From: Pseudomonadales bacterium
GTDB taxonomy: Bacteria > Pseudomonadota > Gammaproteobacteria > Pseudomonadales > JAHEIH01
Assembly: GCA_035458985.1 (NCBI GenBank)
Contig: DATHYR010000011.1
Coordinates: 23,491-87,490 of the forward strand
Length of the DNA stretch: 64,000 nucleotides
Direction: 5' to 3'
A model generated the notes under the pieces. It did not search any database, was not told the origin of the DNA, and was given only the letters and a program-made list of their open reading frames with translations. A program made the position numbers and the translations under genes. Of the stretch, positions 9,837 to 18,086 are shown one piece after another (within the stretch, counting starts at the first letter, position 1; every line of letters starts with the position of its first letter).

Positions 9837-11573
9837 TTACTTTTGATCTCTTTTACAGTCGAGAGCTTCACCCACTTCGTGAGCGACAGGCTGTAAAGGA
9901 AGAATTTTGGGGGCTGCCAACCACTCAACACCACGCATCATGGCGTCATAGTAAAGCCAAGGCATCATTTTTTCCTTTAACAGCCAGGCTGCCCTGGTTG
10001 GCTTGCGCCCATCCAACAACCATGCGGGGAAAGAGGGAAGTAATTTACCGCCATAGCCAAATTCCGCTAACACAATTTTTCCACGCTCCACGGTCAGTGG
10101 ACAAGACCCATAACCATCATAAACAGCACGAGGTGACTGACCATTGAGGACCATAATGACATTTTCAGCCACTACAGGGGCTTGTTTGCGCACCGCTGCG
10201 GCCGTCTTGGCATTGGGCATATTGCCGGCATCGCCGACAGCAAAAATATTGCCAAAGGTGACGTGCTGCATTGTTTCGGGACTGACATCTACCCACCCTG
10301 CCGCGTCGGCTAAAGGACTTGAGGCGATAAAATCGGGCGATTTTTGTGGCGGACATACATGCAACATATCAAACGGTTTTTCTATGTCTGTTACAACACC
10401 CTCTGCATCGGTCTGCTTGAAGTAAGCCACTTTATTGACACCATCAACCTCAACTAAATTGGTCTTGAAGTTCAACTGAATACGATATTTCTTGACGTAT
10501 TCCATGAGCGCAGGCACATACTCTGCCACACCAAACAAACCCGGGGTGGCGGTACAGAAATCAACGTCGATACCATCTAAGCGCCCCTGCCGCTGCCACT
10601 CATCGCAGGATAAGTACATGGCTTTTTGAGGTGCTCCAGCACATTTAATCGGCATCGGTGGCTGGGTAAATACCGCCTTGCCACGACGTAAGCCCTGCAC
10701 CAACTCCCACGTGTACGGCGCCATATCGACATGATAATTCGATGTCACACCGTGACTACCCAGCGTATCTTTGAGACCTTTGACAGCGTCCCAATCGAGC
10801 TGAAGACCCGGCGCGACAACCAAGACTCGGTAGCCGATAACTTCTCCATCCTCCAAGGTCACCGTCTGTTGATCAGGCTGAAAGGTCGCCACAGTGGTCT
10901 GATACCATTTAGCCTCCCGCGGGATGTAATCCACCATAGGACGCACCGTTTTTTCTCTTTTAAAGACCCCCCCACCAACGAGGGTCCATCCGGGCTGGTA
11001 ATAGTGCTCTGAACGAGGCTCCACCACGGCGATGTCAAGATCGGGTTGACGCTTTAATAGACTTGAGGCACATGCCAATCCACCAGCCCCACCCCCCACA
11101 ACAATCACATCGTGGCTACGACCAGCAACGCGAGGAACAGCCTCCTGTTTCGCACAGGGCTCACAAGCCAAGCGGTCCTTTAAAGCCGATAAATCGTACC
11201 CGGCGGCCGACGTCACTTCGAGAATATTTTCACCGGGCATGGCACCCGCCTGACTCAGCGCCCAGAGCGTCGCCGCACGGGCACCCGTCCGACAAAAAGA
11301 CAACACAGGCTCTGGCATTGACTGTAAATGCTGCGCGAAAGCGGCAACGTTGTCATCGGTCACTTGACCGGAGACGACAGATATCCAAGCCCAAGCAAGG
11401 CCATTGGCTTCTGCCGCCGCCTGCAACGCTTCTCGTGCAGGTTGATCGTTGGACTCACCATCAGGACGCAAATAAATAACGGACTTAAAGCCCTGCGAAG
11501 CAGCCACACCAAAATCTTGAAGCTGTAACTGCGCACTAACACTTAGCGCAGGAGTTATGCGTTTAATATCCAT
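9837..11573 (-). CDS. Fusion protein: DUF442/PTP-like sulfur-transferase domain + type II sulfide:quinone oxidoreductase-like flavoprotein
   Basis: The N-terminal ~140 aa resemble the DUF442 domain of Blh proteins. This is followed by the FAD motif VIVVGGGAGGLACA and KCAGAPQKAMYLS, which is characteristic of SQOR-type SQR. Confidence 0.75.
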   Translation of the reverse strand: MDIKRITPALSVSAQLQLQDFGVAASQGFKSVIYLRPDGESNDQPAREALQAAAEANGLAWAWISVVSGQVTDDNVAAFAQHLQSMPEPVLSFCRTGARAATLWALSQAGAMPGENILEVTSAAGYDLSALKDRLACEPCAKQEAVPRVAGRSHDVIVVGGGAGGLACASSLLKRQPDLDIAVVEPRSEHYYQPGWTLVGGGVFKREKTVRPMVDYIPREAKWYQTTVATFQPDQQTVTLEDGEVIGYRVLVVAPGLQLDWDAVKGLKDTLGSHGVTSNYHVDMAPYTWELVQGLRRGKAVFTQPPMPIKCAGAPQKAMYLSCDEWQRQGRLDGIDVDFCTATPGLFGVAEYVPALMEYVKKYRIQLNFKTNLVEVDGVNKVAYFKQTDAEGVVTDIEKPFDMLHVCPPQKSPDFIASSPLADAAGWVDVSPETMQHVTFGNIFAVGDAGNMPNAKTAAAVRKQAPVVAENVIMVLNGQSPRAVYDGYGSCPLTVERGKIVLAEFGYGGKLLPSFPAWLLDGRKPTRAAWLLKEKMMPWLYYDAMMRGVEWLAAPKILPLQPVAHEVGEALDCKRDQK

Positions 11574-11594
11574 GGCTGTGACTCCTTATTATTT

Positions 11595-12458
11595 TTAGAA
11601 TAAGTTAACTGGGATCTTGAGATACACTTGGCCATTGTCTTCTGCGGGTGGCAGATGACCTGCACGCATATTAACCTGCACGGATGGCAATATCAGACGA
11701 GGCATGTCCAGCGTAGCGTCTCTGTTTGTTCGCATCTCGACGAACTGATCTTCTGGCGTATCCATATTCACATGGATATTATGATATTTTTCTTCGCCTA
11801 CCGTGGTTTCGAATTTGAACCCTTCTCTGCCTGGCGCACCATAGTCGTGACACATATACATGCGAGTTGCTTCAGGTAATTGATAGAGGCGGTGGATAGA
11901 ATTAAACAAAACTCGGGCGTCGCCACCGGGAAAATCACAACGAGCAGTGCCGTAATCTGGCATGAACAAGGTATCACCAACGAACACCGCATCACCGATC
12001 AAGTAACTCATGCAAGCTGGCGTATGACCGGGGGTATGCATGGCCTGACATGCTATATTACCCAAGCTAAAGGTGTCGTTATCCTTCAACAATAGATCGA
12101 ATTGGCTACCATCACGCTGAAACCCTGTTCCCTCATTAAAGGCTTTGCCAAACACCTCTTGAACCACGGTGATATGGTCACCGATGGCCATGCGACCACC
12201 CGTTTTTTTCTGTAAATAAGGAGCTGCTGACAGATGATCAGCATGGACGTGCGTTTCTAGAATTAAATCGGCAATCAACCCGTTGGCAGTAATATAGTCG
12301 AGGATTTGATCCGCCATTTTGGTCGAGGTACTGCCCGACGCGTAATCAAAATCCAACACAGAATCAATAATCGCGCAATGCTTGGTTTCTGGACAGTGAA
12401 CCACATAACTGTAAGTAAACGTGGGGCGATCAAAAAACTCTTTAACAACTGGCGACAT
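11595..12458 (-). CDS. MBL-fold persulfide dioxygenase-like protein (ETHE1/Blh family)
   Basis: Metal motif LETHVHADH plus later His/Asp ligands. It sits immediately upstream of the SQR fusion. The ATG at 12458 has a GAGG SD. Confidence 0.7.
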   Translation of the reverse strand: MSPVVKEFFDRPTFTYSYVVHCPETKHCAIIDSVLDFDYASGSTSTKMADQILDYITANGLIADLILETHVHADHLSAAPYLQKKTGGRMAIGDHITVVQEVFGKAFNEGTGFQRDGSQFDLLLKDNDTFSLGNIACQAMHTPGHTPACMSYLIGDAVFVGDTLFMPDYGTARCDFPGGDARVLFNSIHRLYQLPEATRMYMCHDYGAPGREGFKFETTVGEEKYHNIHVNMDTPEDQFVEMRTNRDATLDMPRLILPSVQVNMRAGHLPPAEDNGQVYLKIPVNLF

Positions 12459-12490
12459 AAGTACAAGCCTCGTTATAACTAAAATTAATA

Positions 12491-12520
12491 AGCATATTTC
12501 ATTAAGAAATATGTTAGCAA
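12491..12520 (-). promoter_or_regulatory. Candidate sigma70 promoter (TTGCTA-N18-TATGCT) overlapped by a perfect palindrome CATATTTC-N5-GAAATATG (12493..12513)
   Basis: Read directly from the sequence, 35-55 nt upstream of the dioxygenase start. Confidence 0.4.
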
Positions 12521-12572
12521 TAATACCTGCCCTAAGCAATTGACCTAGGACAAGCTAACGAGAGTTATACGA

Positions 12573-13859
12573 CTATTTAATAAAGAAAATAAGGCTTTCT
12601 TCGGTATTGTTTTGTATGTCTCGGAAACGACGCATCATTTGGCTAGACACATGGGTATTCGCCGCCGCTAATAGCAATCCACTCGCCATGACCACATCAT
12701 GGCGAAGCTCATCCCCTTCAGAAAGTTCATCGAGCGTGATACCACCGAGTCGCGATGGAACACCGACTTCATCTAGGACAGATAAACAAATTTCTAAGAG
12801 GTCCGGATCATAAAAAGTACCCGCTCCCTCACGCAGCCATTTACTGGCGTCCGCATGACTCAGCGCACCACCAGGACCACCCTTGGCGGTGGCCATATTG
12901 TAATCAAGTAAAATACGCAATAGCCGAGAACCGAGCGGTATGTTGTGATCGGCCAAACCCGAGGGATACCCGGAGCCGTCGAAGTTTTCACCGTGGTGCT
13001 CAATAATGGCAGAGGTTTCACCTAACGCATCCAGCGGCGTAAGCATATCCGTACTCTCGCGCGGATACGTTTTCAATACATTTAACGCGTTGTCTGACAA
13101 CTCATGAACGGGACGACTCACCACATCCTCTGGCAGGCAAAGCTTGCCAATTTGAACCAGCTGGGCCGCCTGCAGAACACAGAGGCGCTGATTTTCATTC
13201 ATGTAGAGTTTCGCTGCACAGCGGTTAACGTGATAAAGCAAGTTCTCTAAAAACTCAGCCGGCAAATGACAATGACGGGTTGAAGCACTCGCAAAGATTT
13301 TAATAAATGTTGCGAGATTAATGCGCAACTCTTCTTGCTCAACATTGAGGAAGGCAACGGTCTTTTCCAACTGCCTGTTAGTCCGACGCACCTGGTCGTT
13401 GAGGGACATTTTACGAGCCTTCATAGACTCATAGGACTCTTTAATATGTTCGACTTCTCGCGCTTTTTCATCGTCGCGTAATTTAGAGTGCAGCAAACCC
13501 ATTATGCGTTCGACAAACTGGCGATTATCCCAAGGCTTTTCGATGTAGGCGTGGATCTTACCTTGATTAATTGCACGAGCAGTGGCTTCTTGATCTGAAT
13601 AACCCGTTAGCAAGACGCGCCGACTTTGCGGAGAAAACTTCGCGGCCGCAGCCAGAAGCTCAGCACCATCAAGTTTAGGCATGCGCATATCAGAAATTAT
13701 AAGGTCATAGCTGTTATGCATAACCATGTCTAACGCCTGATCTGGATCAGAGGCTAAATCTACTATGAAATCAGAACTGCGCAATAAACGTTTAAGTGCG
13801 TAGAGCACTTCCACCTCGTCATCTACACAGAGGATACGAGCCACTAAATTATCACTCAT
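12573..13859 (-). CDS. Response regulator: receiver domain + HD-GYP-type domain with degenerate HD dyad
   Basis: REC motif ILCVDDE...LIISDMRMPKLDG. HD-GYP signature HHGENFDGSGYPSGL. The canonical HDIGK position reads VQIGK. Confidence 0.8.
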   Translation of the reverse strand: MSDNLVARILCVDDEVEVLYALKRLLRSSDFIVDLASDPDQALDMVMHNSYDLIISDMRMPKLDGAELLAAAAKFSPQSRRVLLTGYSDQEATARAINQGKIHAYIEKPWDNRQFVERIMGLLHSKLRDDEKAREVEHIKESYESMKARKMSLNDQVRRTNRQLEKTVAFLNVEQEELRINLATFIKIFASASTRHCHLPAEFLENLLYHVNRCAAKLYMNENQRLCVLQAAQLVQIGKLCLPEDVVSRPVHELSDNALNVLKTYPRESTDMLTPLDALGETSAIIEHHGENFDGSGYPSGLADHNIPLGSRLLRILLDYNMATAKGGPGGALSHADASKWLREGAGTFYDPDLLEICLSVLDEVGVPSRLGGITLDELSEGDELRHDVVMASGLLLAAANTHVSSQMMRRFRDIQNNTEESLIFFIK

Positions 13860-13935
13860 GCCAAACTTCCAAGCTGTCAAATTTTTATTACAGAACTATA
13901 GCTCGTTAATGCGAGGAGTCAAAGCAAATCAGACC

Positions 13936-13960
13936 AAAAAAAAGCAGCGATTACGCTGCT
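13936..13960 (-). terminator. Rho-independent terminator
   Basis: On the minus strand, AGCAGCG-TAAT-CGCTGCT is followed by T7-8. The stem overlaps the stop codon of the 99-aa gene. Confidence 0.75.
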
Positions 13961-14250
13961 TTAGTTGATATCACTGAGTTCTCAGTTCCTTGATCATTGG
14001 GGATGTAAGCATCGGCCGCATAATCATTTTCCCACTCAGCATCATTCAGCAGATACTTGAATTGAAATTCAGCATCCGTTGGTAGGCGCAGCTTCAACTT
14101 GTAAGACCCTGTCTTCTTGTCAAATTTCATTGACTCAGGGGTCCAGTCATTAAAATCGCCTGCTAATTGAACTGACTTGACATCTTCGCGTGCAAATTCA
14201 AACACAACTTCAGCTTCAGACTTAGTTTTGAAAAACTTTTTACTTAACAT
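13951..14250 (-). CDS. Stand-alone CBM48/AMPK-beta glycogen-binding-like (early-set) domain protein
   Basis: VVFEFAREDVKSVQLAGDFNDWTPESMKFDKKTGSYKLKLRLPTDAEFQFKYLLNDAEWEND matches the E-set/CBM48 pattern (G-x-F-N-x-W...Y-K-F). Confidence 0.65.
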   Translation of the reverse strand: MLSKKFFKTKSEAEVVFEFAREDVKSVQLAGDFNDWTPESMKFDKKTGSYKLKLRLPTDAEFQFKYLLNDAEWENDYAADAYIPNDQGTENSVISTKAA

Positions 14251-14469
14251 GGATAAGCACTCCCTAGTTAGATATCCAAACAGCCGTTATTTTTTATCAT
14301 GCAATGCAAATTTGCCATGTATGGCGCTATGAATACGTATGCAAAGCTAGCTGCAAAAGACGCATTTCGAGGCAAAAAAAATCCATCTATCTTTTCGTCA
14401 AAAAATTAGCACAAAAAAGATCAGCGTCTACACTAAAGAAGCAGTCTTAAGAGAACAGGATATCCAATA

Positions 14470-15756
14470 ATGACTAGCCTCTCAGTTAGATCAGCGGTTT
14501 TGCTTGGGAGCATTACCGCCACGTCGCTATGCATAGCAGATCACGACTACGATGCCGAATTCGCCTACCAACAGATTAAAGCCTTACAGGCAGAAAACTC
14601 GGGCATCACGGAATTTGATATGCGCTTTGCCCTTGTGGCGATGTCGGTTCATCGATACGACGAAGCGATTTTTGCGCTGGAGCGGGTGCTTGAAGCACAG
14701 CCCAACAATGGCCGAGCGCGCACCGAGCTAGCGCGCTGTTATTTTGAAACTGGCCAATATCATCTTGCACGCACACTGTTTACGCAAGTCGCCGAAAACC
14801 AGGCGACACCCGCCACAGTGCAACACAATATCAATTACTACCTGCACGAAATGGATCAGCGCGGTAGCCAATTCGAGTTACAAAAACAGTTTTATGTCGA
14901 AGGCGGCATTGGAAGAGATAGCAACATTAATGCTGGCAGTGACTTGAGCAGCATTGACATTCCCAATCTCGGCAATGTGGCTCTCAGCGAGGCCAGCCTG
15001 GCACAAGATTCCAATACTCAGCACCTCGCGGCTGGCGCCAAACTTTACAAAGCTACCAGCAAATTTAAAGGCTGGTCGTTGCAAGCGGATGCTCAACAGA
15101 TCAACACCCCTGACAATAGCAATTACGACCAAGGCCTTGTTTCTATTGCAAGTGCTTTTCATTGGAGAGCGGAAGCCGATCGCTATCGGGTTGGCTTACA
15201 ATATCAAGCCCTGCAACTTGGCGGCGAAGATTTTTTCGCTAGTTTAGGGCTAGCCGCGCAATGGCACAGAACATTGAGTGAACGGTTGGTTGTTGGACTC
15301 ACGCTGCAGTGGCACGATGTTGATTTTGAAACCAATAACAATTTTCGCGATCACGACCGCGTACTTATGGGGAGTGACGTCCTTTTTGCCCGGGGCCAAT
15401 GGCGCCATCAATTGGGTAGCTTTATAGGTTCAGAACGCCCAACCAATGACCAGTTTGACTATGCCTTGCGGGATGCCATGTGGGGTCTCAATTATCGTTT
15501 AAGCTATATGCTCAATGCCAAATGGGTGCCTTACTTATCAGCCCAATACGTATCCAGCGACTATGGCGATACGCACCCTATATTTGCTTTGCAGCGCCAT
15601 GATAGCCAGCGCAGCCTTGAAGCAGGCCTTCTCTGGCAACCCGCCAAGGGCCTTACCATTAATCCAAGCCTTAGCGATACGCGCAACGACAGCAATATCG
15701 ATGCATACAGTTACGATCGCGATCGCGCGCAAATTAAGCTGCGCTACAACTTTTAG
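14470..15756 (+). CDS. Outer-membrane protein with N-terminal TPR region and C-terminal beta-barrel (Slam/DUF560-like, type XI secretion candidate)
   Basis: Signal peptide, then TPR-like helices (RYDEAIFALERVLEAQPNNGRARTELARCYFETGQYHLARTLF), then amphipathic strands ending in the OMP terminus IKLRYNF. Confidence 0.65.
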   Translation: MTSLSVRSAVLLGSITATSLCIADHDYDAEFAYQQIKALQAENSGITEFDMRFALVAMSVHRYDEAIFALERVLEAQPNNGRARTELARCYFETGQYHLARTLFTQVAENQATPATVQHNINYYLHEMDQRGSQFELQKQFYVEGGIGRDSNINAGSDLSSIDIPNLGNVALSEASLAQDSNTQHLAAGAKLYKATSKFKGWSLQADAQQINTPDNSNYDQGLVSIASAFHWRAEADRYRVGLQYQALQLGGEDFFASLGLAAQWHRTLSERLVVGLTLQWHDVDFETNNNFRDHDRVLMGSDVLFARGQWRHQLGSFIGSERPTNDQFDYALRDAMWGLNYRLSYMLNAKWVPYLSAQYVSSDYGDTHPIFALQRHDSQRSLEAGLLWQPAKGLTINPSLSDTRNDSNIDAYSYDRDRAQIKLRYNF

Positions 15757-15767
15757 GAGATGATGTC

Positions 15768-18086
15768 ATGCGTAAGTTACCACTATCGCTCATCGCCACG
15801 CCTCTCGCGCTAGCCATTACCGCCAGTCCAGCATGGGGCAATAGCAAAGCCGGCAAAGTCATACTAAGTAAGGGTGAAGTTAGTGCCACGCTTGCCGGCA
15901 GCGAACGCCAGTTGAAACGAGGTAAACCCATTTTTGAAGGGGATACTGTTAGCACGGGTAGTGGCGCCATGTTGCAGATGAATATGCTAGACAATGGCCT
16001 TATCTCACTCGCTGAGAATAGTGTCTTTTCGGTCGAAAGCTATCGCAATGACAGCGAGCGTGGCGAAGAGAGCGTGTTATTGAATATGGTAGAGGGCGGC
16101 TTTAGAGCTGTGACCGGTGGCATTGGCCAACAGAATCCCTCGGCTGTCAAAGTGCGCACGACAGTGGCTTCGATAGGTATCCGAGGCACGGGGTATGAAG
16201 TTTTTGAATTTAATGGATCGCTTTATGTGTCAATGCTATCGGGCACAGTGGATCTGAGTAATCGTGCCGGACGTCTAGTGATTGGCGAAAATGGCGAATT
16301 TAATTTTGCGCGCATCGATAGTGATAATACGCTACCGGTTGGACTTTATAGCCTGCCCGCCGATGTCGCTGCTAACAATCCGTTCTTCGCCTCGGTCGAC
16401 GTGCAAAGTCAAACCAACCCCTATCGGGTTCCGTTAGATCAGCTGGCGTTGAGAAGTTATCCCATCGTGGATTTCACACCGATCAATCCTGATGAAAACA
16501 TCGATAATCTCACGTTCACACCGGTATCCAATGACAATACTGACGGTCCCAACAACGGCGATGATGGTGGTACCGACAACCCAATTGATGATGACATCGG
16601 CGGGGATAACACCGCATTAAGTCCTGCTGAGTTTAGCGCCCCGGGGGTTACCGCCAAAGTTCTCCTTCCCGACAGTCCTCAACCCTACGCACTCAGCACA
16701 CGCACAAACAGGGCGGGTGACATTGTCTTAATGGTCGACCAAGATGCCACCGAGTCGAGTTATCAACGCCTTATTCGTCCGGGACTGGCAATGCCGGCGG
16801 AAGGCTACCCACGTACCATGGTTTTTGACAGCAAGACGACTTGGGGCGTTTGGCAAGCTAGTACAACGGCCCCTGCCACTCGATACACCCTGAGCGAAGG
16901 AATCCTTAGTAGTACACCCATTGAAGACACAATTTTTTGGATTTCAACGACACCTGCTACTGGACTTGTAGGTACTTACACCTTTCTTAGCACTGGCGCT
17001 TATATTGGCACGTCAACCGAAGGGGACATTGACAGCCTCAGCGCCAGCATGAGAATTAACTTTGATAGTGCCGTGGCAAGTAACGGTTTCTTAATTGTCG
17101 ATAGCGGTACTTACCGCTGGTCAACCCATTTTGAGGGTCCATTACAGGTGGGTATTAACGGCGAGCTAGGTGGCGACTTCACCCTCCGTGGAGATAACAA
17201 TAGCAGCGGCGTATTGAGCGGGTATTTTGTGACGTCGGATGAAATTTTCTTCACCGGCAGTTACAGCATCACCGACATCAACAGCGCTACAGCAAGAGGC
17301 CTATTGGCCATGGAAGGCTATCAGACCATCACCGTGTACGGTGGCGATGGCACCAATTTAGATCAATACGGAACACTGGCTACGTTTGAAGGCTCAGCCC
17401 TGTTACACGGCCCCACGGTGTTATCACCACTCACAACCACCCAGTTGGGCTACAACAGCACTGACGCGGACGGCACCCTCGCCGGATGGTTTGTCGAGCT
17501 GGACAACGCCGCCCCCGCCCCTGGCTTTCCTGTCCAAAAGACGGCGCTCTCTAGTAACACTTACTGGGGTGTTTGGAATGCCAATAGCACCAGCACAGCC
17601 AACCTTCGTTACAGGACCAGTGAAAATCGCGAGTACAACAGCCCTATCGAAGCAACGGTCTACTGGATGAGTACCGATGCTATAACGCTGACACGAACAG
17701 GCAGCGCTAGCTTTTCTAGCACCGGAGACTTTGTCGGCTCGAGCAACAGTGGCGCTGTCACTAGCCTCACCGCCAGCTTCGATTTTGATTTCGATAGTGC
17801 GTCACTCACCGGAGGGCAATTAGACTTAGTGGCCGGCGGTGACGCTTGGTCATTCCGTGTATCAGACGCCGCCAGTACCGAACTCAACATGGAGCACGGC
17901 TACTTTTCCGTGCGACAAACGCAAGTCAATGCTGAATCAAGTAACGGTGTATTTGGTGCGGTTGAAGGCTATTTTGTGGGAAGTGACGCGAGTGGCATCT
18001 CAGCCGCGTTTGGGCTTTTCCGGCAGGGTGACAGCAACTACCTCGACTCTGTTAACGGATTATTTAGCATGCAGGAAAGCCGCTAA
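15768..18086 (+). CDS. Secreted protein: FecR-like domain + acidic linker + two tandem TbpB/hemophilin-like beta-barrel modules (candidate Slam cargo)
   Basis: Type I signal peptide (ASPAWG/N, no Cys). FecR pattern GKVILSKGEVSA..GDTVSTGSGAMLQMNMLDNGLISL..IGIRGTGYEV..GTVDL. Two modules share WGVW, PIE.T..W.ST and GYFV.SD motifs. The gene starts 11 bp after the upstream gene and has a GGAG SD. Confidence 0.7.
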   Translation: MRKLPLSLIATPLALAITASPAWGNSKAGKVILSKGEVSATLAGSERQLKRGKPIFEGDTVSTGSGAMLQMNMLDNGLISLAENSVFSVESYRNDSERGEESVLLNMVEGGFRAVTGGIGQQNPSAVKVRTTVASIGIRGTGYEVFEFNGSLYVSMLSGTVDLSNRAGRLVIGENGEFNFARIDSDNTLPVGLYSLPADVAANNPFFASVDVQSQTNPYRVPLDQLALRSYPIVDFTPINPDENIDNLTFTPVSNDNTDGPNNGDDGGTDNPIDDDIGGDNTALSPAEFSAPGVTAKVLLPDSPQPYALSTRTNRAGDIVLMVDQDATESSYQRLIRPGLAMPAEGYPRTMVFDSKTTWGVWQASTTAPATRYTLSEGILSSTPIEDTIFWISTTPATGLVGTYTFLSTGAYIGTSTEGDIDSLSASMRINFDSAVASNGFLIVDSGTYRWSTHFEGPLQVGINGELGGDFTLRGDNNSSGVLSGYFVTSDEIFFTGSYSITDINSATARGLLAMEGYQTITVYGGDGTNLDQYGTLATFEGSALLHGPTVLSPLTTTQLGYNSTDADGTLAGWFVELDNAAPAPGFPVQKTALSSNTYWGVWNANSTSTANLRYRTSENREYNSPIEATVYWMSTDAITLTRTGSASFSSTGDFVGSSNSGAVTSLTASFDFDFDSASLTGGQLDLVAGGDAWSFRVSDAASTELNMEHGYFSVRQTQVNAESSNGVFGAVEGYFVGSDASGISAAFGLFRQGDSNYLDSVNGLFSMQESR

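Noticed and set aside
12517-12531. A sigma54-like element (minus strand GGCAGGTATTATTGC) upstream of the sulfide-oxidation genes, attractive because FisR-type sigma54 activators control sqr/pdo in some bacteria.
   Set aside because: The GG-to-GC spacing is 11 nt rather than the strict 10 nt, and no enhancer-binding protein gene is nearby.
16500-16620. The acidic D/N/G-rich linker of the cargo protein (NDNTDGPNNGDDGGTDNPIDDDIGGDN) as a thrombospondin-type or RTX-like calcium-binding repeat.
   Set aside because: It is too short and irregular to match DxDxDGxxDxxD or GGxGxD nonapeptide repeats. I treat it as a flexible linker.
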